Assembly: GCA_020353235.1 (NCBI GenBank)
Contig: CP070693.1
Coordinates: 758,624-822,623, forward strand
From: Dehalococcoidia bacterium
Lineage (GTDB): Bacteria > Chloroflexota > Dehalococcoidia > Dehalococcoidales > JAUYDJ01
Direction: 5' to 3'
Length of the DNA: 64,000 nt
Shown here one piece after another: positions 1 through 8,574 of this stretch. Each line of letters opens with the position of its first letter. Position 1 is the stretch's first letter. The translations under genes and the position numbers were made by a program. The notes below the pieces were generated by a model. It did no database searches. It was given only the letters and a program-made list of their open reading frames with translations, and was not told the DNA's origin.

Positions 1-28
1 TGAGCCTGTCAAGTGCGGCAGCCTCGGT

Positions 29-1042
29 CTAGGCGGATACTTTCCTCGGCTGGCACAGCTCGGCAATCAGAATATTGAGGGCAAGCTCCGCACCATACTT
101 CCCAGTCTTAATCGACAAGTCGGCTTCCAGCAATCTATGGTAGGCTTCCCGGAGCCGTTCTATGGGGTAGCGCTCCGCCTGCACCAGCGTTTTGCGCAGG
201 GCAAATTCTGAAGTCAAGCCCAGTCGGCTCTGGATTTCGTCCCGGCTCTTCTTCTGCCGGACTAGTTCTCTTGCCCGTACCATCAGCCGCACCTGCCTGG
301 TGAGCATGACCAGCAGATAGGCGGGCATGGCGCCCACCTGCAGCAACTGCTGTAGCGCCTGCTCGGCAACACTAGCTTTAAACTCAAGGATAGCATCAAC
401 CATAGTGAAAACACTGGTCTGCTGAGCATAACTGACCACTCCGGCTACATCCTCGGCTTCAATGCGGCGCCCGGCAGTAAACGAAACCAACTTGCTGATT
501 TCGCTGGCCATATGCCACAGGTTGCTGCCCACTACCCTGGCTAACAGGTCTCGGGCCGGGGCAGATATACTGCCCCCTTCTTCAGCCACCCTCTGCTCAA
601 TCCACTGACGCAGCTCGGGCTCTTTGCGCAGTGGGAAAGACCTCACCTCTGCCCCAGCGGAGATTTTCCCCAGCAGAGGATTACGGCTACTTACGCCACT
701 ATCCATTAAGACCAGTATCGTGCTTTCCGGCAGCCTACGAATACAGTCAGCGATTGACTTATATTGATTGGGCTGCTCCGACGCCGGCGATGACTTCTTC
801 TTTTTCCCCAGCTTGCTTTTGGGCTCAAAGCGCTCCAGCAGCCCCCGGACGATAACTAGGCGTTTCTCCGCAAGAAAAGGCATCGTCTCGCATACCGTGG
901 CTAGTTCGTTCAGGGTTAACTGCTGGCCATCCAGAATAGTAGTATTGGTTGCCAGCAGGCTCTGGTCGCCCATACCCTGTTTTATCTCCTCCAGCGACTG
1001 GCAAAGGGAAAAATCGTCCTCGCCTAATAACAGATACAACAA
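29..1042 (-). CDS. holA: DNA polymerase III delta subunit
   Basis: 337-aa ORF. N-terminus LYLLLGEDDF and the length and helical C-terminal half are typical of HolA. TTG start, TAG stop. Confidence 0.75.
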   Translation of the reverse strand: MLYLLLGEDDFSLCQSLEEIKQGMGDQSLLATNTTILDGQQLTLNELATVCETMPFLAEKRLVIVRGLLERFEPKSKLGKKKKSSPASEQPNQYKSIADCIRRLPESTILVLMDSGVSSRNPLLGKISAGAEVRSFPLRKEPELRQWIEQRVAEEGGSISAPARDLLARVVGSNLWHMASEISKLVSFTAGRRIEAEDVAGVVSYAQQTSVFTMVDAILEFKASVAEQALQQLLQVGAMPAYLLVMLTRQVRLMVRARELVRQKKSRDEIQSRLGLTSEFALRKTLVQAERYPIERLREAYHRLLEADLSIKTGKYGAELALNILIAELCQPRKVSA

Positions 1043-1204
1043 GGCTGGTTACTCTCTTTATTCTCTTTATCTTTGCCCCATTTTACCATACCACCACTTC
1101 AGCCAATAACTAGGGCTTGATAATCCACCACCTATTGAGGAATAATCCGACAAAGAGTAGAATAAGGCTAAACTCTACCCAGCATTACCAAAAGGAGTGT
1201 CAAG

Positions 1205-1438
1205 ATGACCGAAAAAACTGACGAGGCCAAAAATGAAGTAAACAAGCTGGTTGGTATTGCCAGTGACCTAGAACTCCCCTCGGATGTAAGAACCAAAGCT
1301 ACCCAGCGGTTGGGTAATGTTGGCACCCACGATGCCCTGCTCGCCCTGCTCGGCCTAGCCGCCAAAGAGACGTTATCCAAAGGCGAGAGAGACCTTGCCC
1401 TCAAGTATGCCCGAAAAATAGTAAAGTCTGGTTATTAA
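1205..1438 (+). CDS. small HEAT-repeat-like hypothetical protein
   Basis: 77-aa ORF with an AAGGAG Shine-Dalgarno about 7 nt before the ATG. Helical RLGNVGTHDALLALLGLA segment looks HEAT-like. It sits 10 nt upstream of ychF. The opposite-strand ORF 1168..1404 is judged a shadow ORF. Confidence 0.5.
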   Translation: MTEKTDEAKNEVNKLVGIASDLELPSDVRTKATQRLGNVGTHDALLALLGLAAKETLSKGERDLALKYARKIVKSGY

Positions 1439-1448
1439 AAGATGACCA

Positions 1449-2552
1449 ATGAGTGTCAGTATTGGCATCATCGGGCTGGCTAAAAGCGGTCGCACCACCG
1501 TTTTCAATGCGCTGACCAAAGGGAAGGCGGAGACCGGAGGTTACACCCCGGAAGGCGTCCCCCACATCGGTGTCACCAGAGTCCCCGAACCCCGCCTGAA
1601 ACAGCTGGTTGATATGCTTCAACCCCAGAAGATAGTCCCCGCCGAAGTAACCTATGTTGATATCGGTGCCTCCGTCAAGGATTTAGCCAAAGGTAAGACC
1701 GGAAGCGGCCAGTGGCTCACCCAGCTCAGCAATGTCGATGCCCTGATTAACGTCGCCCGAGCCTTTACTGATGAAAGCATACCCCACATTGAAGGCAGTC
1801 TGGATGTAAAACGGGATATCGCCAGCATGAATCTGGAGCTTACCTTCTCCGACCTGGCCATCATGGAGCGCCGGCTGGAGAGAATAGAGATAGCCCTCAA
1901 AAGCGCCAAGCCACCGGAGCGCCAGCACCTTATTCAGGAACAGGAAATGCTAGCCAGGCTCAAGGTCAACCTGGAAAAAGATCTGCCGATCCGAGAACTG
2001 GAGCTAACTGCTGAGGAAAATAAAACGCTGGCTAACTATCAGTTTCTTACCGCCAAGCCGCTGCTGAACGTGGTCAATATTGACGAAAACCAGCTATCTG
2101 AAGCGGGTTCTTTAGAAGCGGAACTGGGGGCGGAATACCAGCGACCAAAGTGCCGCCTGATTACATTCTGCGGCAAGCTGGAAATGGAGCTGACCGAGCT
2201 AGAGAATAGTGAGGCGGAGGAGTTGCGTGCCGGCTTCGGGATAACTGAATCGGGCATTGAATGTGTTATCAGGCTCTCTTACGAGCTGCTGGGGCTAATC
2301 TCGTTTTTCAGCATCGTTTCCCATGAAGTCAGAGCCTGGTCAATCAGACAGGGCACTGATGCCCTGAGAGCCGCCGGCAAGATCCACTCCGACATGGAAC
2401 GGGGTTTTATTCGAGCCGAGGTAATCAGCTTTGAAGACCTAGTGAAGTGTGGCAATCTGGCGGAAGCCCGCAAGAAAGGGCTGGTCCGGCTGGAAGGCAA
2501 GAGCTACATCGTTCAGGATGGTGATGTCATCACTTTCCTGTTTAATATCTAG
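1449..2552 (+). CDS. ychF: redox-regulated ATPase/GTP-binding protein YchF
   Basis: 367 aa. P-loop GLAKSGRTTVFNALT at the N-terminus and a TGS-like C-terminus (YIVQDGDVITFLFN). Confidence 0.9.
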   Translation: MSVSIGIIGLAKSGRTTVFNALTKGKAETGGYTPEGVPHIGVTRVPEPRLKQLVDMLQPQKIVPAEVTYVDIGASVKDLAKGKTGSGQWLTQLSNVDALINVARAFTDESIPHIEGSLDVKRDIASMNLELTFSDLAIMERRLERIEIALKSAKPPERQHLIQEQEMLARLKVNLEKDLPIRELELTAEENKTLANYQFLTAKPLLNVVNIDENQLSEAGSLEAELGAEYQRPKCRLITFCGKLEMELTELENSEAEELRAGFGITESGIECVIRLSYELLGLISFFSIVSHEVRAWSIRQGTDALRAAGKIHSDMERGFIRAEVISFEDLVKCGNLAEARKKGLVRLEGKSYIVQDGDVITFLFNI

Positions 2553-2554
2553 CT

Positions 2555-3508
2555 TTAAGCCCTTATCTCTTCCTTCATGAATTTAATATAGGAAACGGCA
2601 AAGCACACCGCAGTGAGGGCAATCAGGCTGACCATATGCGGCCATACTAATAGCAGACTCTGATCCAGAGAGAGGGGATTGGGTATTAGCCGGTAGCCCC
2701 CGACACCCAGAATCTGAATCGTCTGTCCCAATGTCCTGGCTCCCGGTACCAGAATAACCGATATTGCCTCCTGATAGAGCCTGACCGGAGAGACCTGCAG
2801 AACAGCACTCTGTATCCCCAAATTGCTGAGGTAAACTTCGGTACCAGCTTCCTCCAGGGGCACCATAAAGTTAGCCACAATCCCGGCCAGCATCGGCATG
2901 AAAAAGAACAGAAATATCCACACCGCTATTGAGGCCAGGGCTGATGTAGCCACCCGGCGGAAGAATATTGAGAACAGTATCGACAACCCCAGCCAGAAGG
3001 CCCCATAGAAAATGGTTACCACCAAGAAAAGCATGAGCCGGATAACCTCTTCTGAATTCGGTGGCACTCCAATCATGCGGAGACCGACTCCAGCCACCAG
3101 TAAAACGATGCTGGTTACCATAATAGCAATGGTAACCACCCCGGCCAGAAACTTACCGTTGATAACCGCATCCCGGTAGATTGGCTGGGACAGGAGACGG
3201 CTCATCGTGCCGCTGTTTCTCTCCTCATTGATGGCATCAAAGCCGAGAGCGATGCCAACTATGGGCACAAAAAAGACCGCCATCATGTTCAAAAACTGCA
3301 GCAGGCCGGGCAAGGTCTCATCAGCGGTGGTAAAAAGCTTGAGGAAAATAAACTGGTTGCTTTCCGCCGCCTGGGCCAGTATGTTCTGACTATCTATATA
3401 TAGAGTGAATACACCGGCCACCGCGACCATGGCAAACAATATCAGAAAGCGCCAGCTGGTAAAGTCGTCAGCTAATTCTTTGCCAAAGACAGTCATCAAT
3501 CCACGCAT
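2555..3508 (-). CDS. ABC-2 type transporter permease
   Basis: 317 aa with multiple hydrophobic helices. It begins 1 nt after the stop of the upstream ABC ATPase gene. Confidence 0.7.
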   Translation of the reverse strand: MRGLMTVFGKELADDFTSWRFLILFAMVAVAGVFTLYIDSQNILAQAAESNQFIFLKLFTTADETLPGLLQFLNMMAVFFVPIVGIALGFDAINEERNSGTMSRLLSQPIYRDAVINGKFLAGVVTIAIMVTSIVLLVAGVGLRMIGVPPNSEEVIRLMLFLVVTIFYGAFWLGLSILFSIFFRRVATSALASIAVWIFLFFFMPMLAGIVANFMVPLEEAGTEVYLSNLGIQSAVLQVSPVRLYQEAISVILVPGARTLGQTIQILGVGGYRLIPNPLSLDQSLLLVWPHMVSLIALTAVCFAVSYIKFMKEEIRA

Positions 3509-3509
3509 A

Positions 3510-4448
3510 TTAAACCTCGTGAAAGTACTTCATATATATGTCTTCTAAAGCGTAGCTCTTAATCTTCATCCCTATCAGCGAACCGTCACCGGCGATAATT
3601 GCCTTGGCAATCTGTGGCCTCAGGTCTTGGGTGCAGCCCACCAGCAGCAAATCCCCCGACCTCTCCACCTCAACCACGCCGTTAATCTGTTTGATACGGT
3701 CAACAATGTCCGCTGTGACTTCAGCCAGCTGAATCTCAACTTTAAAGCGTCCGCCACCCAGAGCGTCCTTCATCAGCTGTTCCACCATGCCTTCCGCCAG
3801 CATTCGCCCCTTGCCAATAATGCCGACGCGGCGGCAGATGCGCTGCACCTGATTTAATTGATGGGAGGACATGATAATGGTCATATTGTGCTCCCGGGCT
3901 ATTTTTTTAATTAGGTCAAGAATCTGGTTCACCCCTTCCGGGTCAATAGCAATGGTTGGCTCATCCAAAATGGCAATCTGGGGCATCTTCACCAGCATAT
4001 CAGCGATGGCTAAGCGCTGCTTCATCCCTCTCGAGAACTCACCCACCTTCTGATCAGCGGCGGTGGACAGGCCTACCGTGTCCAGTGACTCACCAACTCT
4101 ATCCGGAATCAGCCACTCCGCCAGGTCATTCAGTCTAGCGGTGTAGGCCAGGTTCTGCTCCGCCGTCAGGTCTTCGTAGAAACCCACCGTTTCCGGGATA
4201 TAACCGGTAATCCGTTTCACCTTGAGCGGCTCTCTGGTGGAATCATAACCGCAGACCCGCACCACTCCCGAAGTCGGCTCGGTTAACCCGAGCAACATCA
4301 ATATGGTGGTCGTCTTGCCGGCACCATTAGGGCCCAGAAAGCCGAAAATCTCCCCTTCCTCCACACGGAGGTTCAGCTTATCCACCACCGTGACGCCGTC
4401 ATAAGCTTTGGTCAAGTCTACTGTTTCGACAACCAGTTGTTTGCTCAC
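3510..4448 (-). CDS. ABC transporter ATP-binding protein
   Basis: Walker A GPNGAGKTT, signature-like FSRGMKQRL, Walker B ILDEPT. 312 aa. Confidence 0.9.
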   Translation of the reverse strand: MSKQLVVETVDLTKAYDGVTVVDKLNLRVEEGEIFGFLGPNGAGKTTTILMLLGLTEPTSGVVRVCGYDSTREPLKVKRITGYIPETVGFYEDLTAEQNLAYTARLNDLAEWLIPDRVGESLDTVGLSTAADQKVGEFSRGMKQRLAIADMLVKMPQIAILDEPTIAIDPEGVNQILDLIKKIAREHNMTIIMSSHQLNQVQRICRRVGIIGKGRMLAEGMVEQLMKDALGGGRFKVEIQLAEVTADIVDRIKQINGVVEVERSGDLLLVGCTQDLRPQIAKAIIAGDGSLIGMKIKSYALEDIYMKYFHEV

Positions 4449-4452
4449 TCGC

Positions 4453-5385
4453 TCATCGCCTGCCTAAACGCCGGAAAATTATGGCTAAACCAGCAATAAC
4501 CGCCAGCACAATTAAAATGCCAACCCAACCCCAAATCGTCGGTGTCATTACGGTTATCCTCATCTTCAACGGGTCGGCCGAGTATTCTTCACTGTCAGCA
4601 AACAGGGTAATAGCGTAATCACCGGCAATCACCTTGTCCGGCGGCCTTATGGTTACCGTTACTTCCTGGGCCAGCCCTGGCTCTAACGACTCCACCGGGT
4701 CGGGATTAAAGGTTACCATCCAGCCCTCCAGTGTACCGGAGGAGAAACGGACCGTGTCCAGGACTATCGAGCCGGTGTTTTCCACCCGAACCGTCAGGTA
4801 ATTATCCTCACCGGCGGTTACCTCGGTGTTCAGCCGCCCGGTAGCGGGATAAAAATTAAACTGATACAGGGCGGTCACCACGGCGGTTAGTTCAACCGAT
4901 TCATAAATATCGCCCAGGCTTACCTCAAAAGTTGCCTTGTATTCACCGGGCGCCGGTTTTTGGCCTTTAGGTGGCGTAAGCTTGACGAAGAGTGTTTCTA
5001 CCGGATATTCCTTCTCTGGGTCGGCCACTTTCAGACCGATGCGGTCAGTCACCGCCACCTTTGTCCCCAGTCCGGCTTCGGTGACGACTTCCCACTTGGG
5101 TGGTCCGCTAACGGCAATGTCAAACTCCCTGAATTCCTTGCCGTACCACCTCAGCTCAAGCTGAAACTCAAACTCTTCTCCCGATTTTTCCCTCAACACG
5201 GGGTACTTGGCAATAACCTCAAGCCACTCTTCGGCGGCAGGCTCCTCCTGATTTGACGACACCACCAGAGCGCCATCACCGGCTTGCTGAGCCGCCAGTG
5301 CCACCTGGTCTCCGCCCAAGCTACTAAACAAGCCCAAGCATAAAAATAAACCGAGAAGATAGTGAATTACGCGATACCTGCTCAT
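4453..5385 (-). CDS. secreted, C-terminally membrane-anchored protein with NEW3/CARDB-like beta-sandwich repeats
   Basis: 310 aa with an N-terminal signal-like hydrophobic segment and a C-terminal TM helix followed by RRLGRR. The repeats 'ENTGSIVLDTV...VTVTIRPPDKVIAGDY' resemble NEW3-domain (COG1470-type) proteins. It is first in an operon with the ABC ATPase and permease. Confidence 0.5.
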   Translation of the reverse strand: MSRYRVIHYLLGLFLCLGLFSSLGGDQVALAAQQAGDGALVVSSNQEEPAAEEWLEVIAKYPVLREKSGEEFEFQLELRWYGKEFREFDIAVSGPPKWEVVTEAGLGTKVAVTDRIGLKVADPEKEYPVETLFVKLTPPKGQKPAPGEYKATFEVSLGDIYESVELTAVVTALYQFNFYPATGRLNTEVTAGEDNYLTVRVENTGSIVLDTVRFSSGTLEGWMVTFNPDPVESLEPGLAQEVTVTIRPPDKVIAGDYAITLFADSEEYSADPLKMRITVMTPTIWGWVGILIVLAVIAGLAIIFRRLGRR

Positions 5386-5452
5386 TGATTCCCTCCATTA
5401 ACCAGTTTTGAACCCAAAAATGCTACGGTAAAAACCTCAGGGGCTACCTCAT

Positions 5453-5480
5453 ATTTTAGACAAAATAGTTAAAAAGTCAA
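5453..5480 (-). promoter_or_regulatory. sigma70-like promoter for the NEW3/ABC-2 operon
   Basis: On the minus strand: TTGACT, 16 nt, TAAAAT, about 65 nt upstream of the ATG at 5385. Confidence 0.4.
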
Positions 5481-5503
5481 CTGCTAACCATTTTTTCTAT
5501 TTT

Positions 5504-6223
5504 TTACGAGGCAGGCGGCGGAGCCAGCCCATGAGCTGCCAGCAGGGATTTATCATTCAGAATAAGGCTGGTAGCATCATCGATAACTATCTGGCCGCGG
5601 TCAAGAATGACCGTCCGTGAGCACAAAGCCCGCACCAGTTCCAGGTCATGAGTGGCTACTATTTTGGTCATCGGCAACCGGCGCAGCAGGCTTATTAAAG
5701 ACCACTTGCTCCGCGGGTCAAGGTTGCCGGATGGTTCATCAAGGGCCAGAATCTGCGGGCTCATTGATAGGACAGTGGCAATGGCAATCCGCTTTCTCTC
5801 CCCGATACTGAGGTGATGGGAGGAACGTTTCTCATAGCCAGTCATGCCTACCCACTCCAGGGCTTTACTCACTGCCCGGTGCACCTCTGCCTCGGAATAG
5901 CCCATATTAATCGGGCCGAAGGCGACATCGTCAAAGACAGTCGGCGAGAACAACTGGTCATCCGGGTCCTGAAATACCAGTCCCACCCGGCTCCGCACCC
6001 ACCTCAGGTTTTTGTCGTTAACCGGCCGGTCAAATACCTTCACCGTGCCGTTACTGTGCAGGATACCGTTCAGGTGAAGCAGCAGAGTGGATTTACCGGC
6101 GCCATTGGGGCCGATAACGGCCACGCTTTCACCCTGACCGACCGTCAGGCTCAAACCGGATAGCGCCGGCTGGCCATCGGGATAGATAAAAGATAGATTA
6201 TTAATCTTGATTACTTCGTTCAA
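5504..6223 (-). CDS. cbiO: ECF-type cobalt/nickel transporter ATPase (CbiO/NikO)
   Basis: 239 aa. Walker A GPNGAGKSTLL, signature LSIGERKRIAIA, Walker B LALDEPS. Last gene of the cbiM-N-Q-O order. Confidence 0.85.
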   Translation of the reverse strand: MNEVIKINNLSFIYPDGQPALSGLSLTVGQGESVAVIGPNGAGKSTLLLHLNGILHSNGTVKVFDRPVNDKNLRWVRSRVGLVFQDPDDQLFSPTVFDDVAFGPINMGYSEAEVHRAVSKALEWVGMTGYEKRSSHHLSIGERKRIAIATVLSMSPQILALDEPSGNLDPRSKWSLISLLRRLPMTKIVATHDLELVRALCSRTVILDRGQIVIDDATSLILNDKSLLAAHGLAPPPAS

Positions 6224-6233
6224 ATTGCCTCCG

Positions 6234-7010
6234 CTAAAACAAAAAGGTAAACAGGCTAATTAAAGTGAGCACCAGGATACCGCCGATGCCAAAGTAGGCA
6301 TCGGCTACCCGGAAGCTCAAATGGTTCAGCGTCCGGATGTGCCCGTCAAAACCACGGGCGGCCATGGCCACATAAACCCGCTCCCCCCGCTCATAACTGC
6401 GGATAAACAGGGTGCCAATCATGTTGCCGATGGTAGTGACCTGCCACCGCCTGCCCCCGCCGAAATTGCGGCTATCTCTCGCCTGTTTCATACGCATCGC
6501 CTCATCCACCACGATAAAAAGGTAGCGGTACATAAAAGACAGTATCATCACCATCACCCGGGGCAGGCGCACTTTTTCCAGACCACGGAGCAGGTGGGGT
6601 AGCTTGGTCGTTGAGGTCAGCCAGATGAGGCTCAAGATAGAAAGCCAGGACTTGATAACAATATTGACCAGAACCTGAAGACCGCTATAGGTAACCGTTA
6701 CCTGCCACAGCCACATATTGTAGCTGCCGGCTACCTCACCCTCTTTAAAAAAGGGAATAAAGAGCGCAATCAGCAGCACAAAGGGCATGATTATCAGCGA
6801 GCGCTTTAAAACATAGCCGGCGGGCAATTTGCCCACCAGAAGCAGGCCAGCCATCAGCGCCGCATAAAGCATATAGACCAGCCAGCTATCCGGCGGCGTC
6901 AGCACCACCACCAGGATAAAGAGAAAGCTGATAATAAACTTAGTGCGCGGGTCGAGCCGATGAATAAAGCTGTCCCGGTCGCTATACTGGTCGAGAAAAC
7001 CGTGCTTCAC
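6234..7010 (-). CDS. cbiQ: ECF transporter transmembrane (T) component CbiQ/NikQ
   Basis: 258-aa polytopic membrane protein with N-terminus 'LDPRTKFI' typical of CbiQ. Its GTG start overlaps the upstream stop (TAGTG). Confidence 0.8.
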   Translation of the reverse strand: MKHGFLDQYSDRDSFIHRLDPRTKFIISFLFILVVVLTPPDSWLVYMLYAALMAGLLLVGKLPAGYVLKRSLIIMPFVLLIALFIPFFKEGEVAGSYNMWLWQVTVTYSGLQVLVNIVIKSWLSILSLIWLTSTTKLPHLLRGLEKVRLPRVMVMILSFMYRYLFIVVDEAMRMKQARDSRNFGGGRRWQVTTIGNMIGTLFIRSYERGERVYVAMAARGFDGHIRTLNHLSFRVADAYFGIGGILVLTLISLFTFLF

Positions 7011-7300
7011 TAAACCATCTCCCTCCGGCTTGATACCAGCAGCCAGGCCAGGCCATAGGCGATACCGAATAGAACAAGGGTGCCGACCATGCCGGCCAGT
7101 ATGGTCGCCAGCGCCTTATTCTCCAACCCGGGAAAGACATAGTCAGCAATAAGCGAAAATGGTGCCGCCTGCGCCAGTTCCATAAAACCGACATCCTCAG
7201 CCACCCGCTCCAGCCCGTCCGGCGAAGATGACGCCAGCGGGGCCAGCAAGACCAGTGCCAGACAGGCAACTAAAGCGATTAACCACCACTTTGACTTCAA
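7010..7300 (-). CDS. PDGLE-domain small membrane protein (CbiN/NikN-like accessory component)
   Basis: 96 aa with a signal/TM segment at the N-terminus, a literal PDGLE motif ([10 protein letters not shown]) and a C-terminal TM. It lies between cbiM and cbiQ. Confidence 0.65.
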   Translation of the reverse strand: MKSKWWLIALVACLALVLLAPLASSSPDGLERVAEDVGFMELAQAAPFSLIADYVFPGLENKALATILAGMVGTLVLFGIAYGLAWLLVSSRREMV

Positions 7301-7310
7301 CTTCTGTCTC

Positions 7311-7949
7311 CTAAATACGCTGCAGCTGCATCAGGTCAGCCCGGGTTGCCATCACCAGGCTGAGCACAGCCGCGGTAATCAGCCCCTCACCGATGCCAAT
7401 CAGGGCGTGAACACCGGCCATCGCCGGTAGGACCACCCCAATTGGTGATGCTCCGGAGAGGGCTAACTCAATGGCGCAGGCAATTGAGGCCAGTAGAACC
7501 GAGCTCCAGGCACCAAAGGCGCTGCCTACCAGCTTACCCCTACGGCTACTACCTAGGAGTGAGTTAACCAGACGGTAGCCATAATAGCCGGCGAAGCTGG
7601 CGATAATACCCATGTTAAATATGTTGGCGCCCAGCGCCAGCAAGCCACCATCCTGAAAGATGAGCGATTGGGCAATGAGCACACAGCTCATCACCAGCAC
7701 CGCTGCCCACGGTCCGAGCAGTATGGCAGCCAGGGCGGCGCCAATAACATGCCCCGAGGTGCCACCGGCAATGGGGAAGTTGAGCATCTGAGCGGCAAAG
7801 ATAAAGGCAGCCAGCACTCCCATCAGCGGCACCTGCTTTTCGCTCAATTTGCGGTTGGCTACCCGCACCGCATTGCCCACCCCACCCGCAGATACGACAT
7901 AGGTAGTGGCTACGGTGGTTATATTGAGAAAGCCGTCTGGAATATGCAT
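7311..7949 (-). CDS. cbiM: cobalt/nickel ECF transporter substrate-capture component CbiM/NikM
   Basis: The mature N-terminus MHIPDGFL is the metal-binding hallmark of CbiM/NikM. I chose the ATG at 7949 (GGGGAG SD 5 nt upstream) over the ORF-track GTG at 7955. Confidence 0.85.
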   Translation of the reverse strand: MHIPDGFLNITTVATTYVVSAGGVGNAVRVANRKLSEKQVPLMGVLAAFIFAAQMLNFPIAGGTSGHVIGAALAAILLGPWAAVLVMSCVLIAQSLIFQDGGLLALGANIFNMGIIASFAGYYGYRLVNSLLGSSRRGKLVGSAFGAWSSVLLASIACAIELALSGASPIGVVLPAMAGVHALIGIGEGLITAAVLSLVMATRADLMQLQRI

Positions 7950-7979
7950 CACCACTCCCCTTACTACGATTTAACGCAA

Positions 7980-7995
7980 CTGCAACTTATTGCAG
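7980..7995. promoter_or_regulatory. inverted repeat CTGCAA-N4-TTGCAG in the cbiM leader (candidate operator)
   Basis: Perfect 6-bp inverted repeat located 30-45 nt upstream of the cbiM ATG. A Fur-family gene is the immediate upstream neighbour. Confidence 0.35.
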
Positions 7996-8104
7996 CTATT
8001 GGGTTAAAAAATAAAGGTCTTTCACCTCTTCACTGTTTTATTATAGCGCAATTATTTAATCGGGGCAATGCAAGGCTTCGCACCAGAAATCATGGGTAAT
8101 AAAT

Positions 8105-8542
8105 TTACTGGCGGCACTTCTGGCAGAGGCCGAAAATACCCAGGTGCCTCAAGTCGGCGGTAAACTGGTATTCCTGGAGCAAGGTTTTTTTCAGGGGTGA
8201 CAGCGTCGATTCCTCAAGGTCAATAATCTCCCCGCACTGCTGGCAAATCAGGTGATGATGGTGCCCCTTGGCGGCGGGATGATACCTGACCCGGCCTCCC
8301 CCCAGGTCAGTCTCGGTGACCAGACCGAGTCGGGTGAGCAAGTCCAGAGTGCGGTAAACCGTGGAGATATTGACATGGGGATATTTAGCCACCACCTGAA
8401 CATAGATTTCCTCAGCGCTAATGTGCCCGTCACTATTCTCAATGGCGGCTAAAACCAGCATTCGCTGTGGCGTTAGCCGATAGCCCAGTTCGGCTAAGCG
8501 GCTAACCATATCCCTTGGTTTGTCCATCTGACCTTCACCCAC
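8105..8542 (-). CDS. Fur-family metalloregulator
   Basis: 145 aa. Winged-helix N-terminal part (LTPQRMLVL...ISTVYRTLDLL), a His-rich HHHHLIC motif and two CxxC pairs (CQQC, CQKC). An alternative ATG start lies at 8527. Confidence 0.8.
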   Translation of the reverse strand: MGEGQMDKPRDMVSRLAELGYRLTPQRMLVLAAIENSDGHISAEEIYVQVVAKYPHVNISTVYRTLDLLTRLGLVTETDLGGGRVRYHPAAKGHHHHLICQQCGEIIDLEESTLSPLKKTLLQEYQFTADLRHLGIFGLCQKCRQ

Positions 8543-8574
8543 TAAAAAACTGGTCTACATTATAGCAAAGACGT

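Noticed and set aside
1168-1404. 78-aa minus-strand ORF
   Set aside because: It overlaps the plus-strand 77-aa ORF, which has a proper SD and ATG and a plausible helical repeat sequence. The minus-strand product is Ser/Leu/Arg-rich and typical of a shadow frame.
6982-7269. 95-aa alternative-frame ORF over the PDGLE gene
   Set aside because: It is an alternative frame on the same strand, Trp/Arg-rich. The 7010..7300 frame carries the PDGLE motif and TM helices and is translationally coupled to cbiQ.
7956-8104. Cobalamin riboswitch upstream of cbiM
   Set aside because: The leader is only about 90-150 nt. I could not find a B12-box-like GCCACTG/AGYCMGG core or the multi-stem layout. This should still be confirmed with a covariance-model scan.
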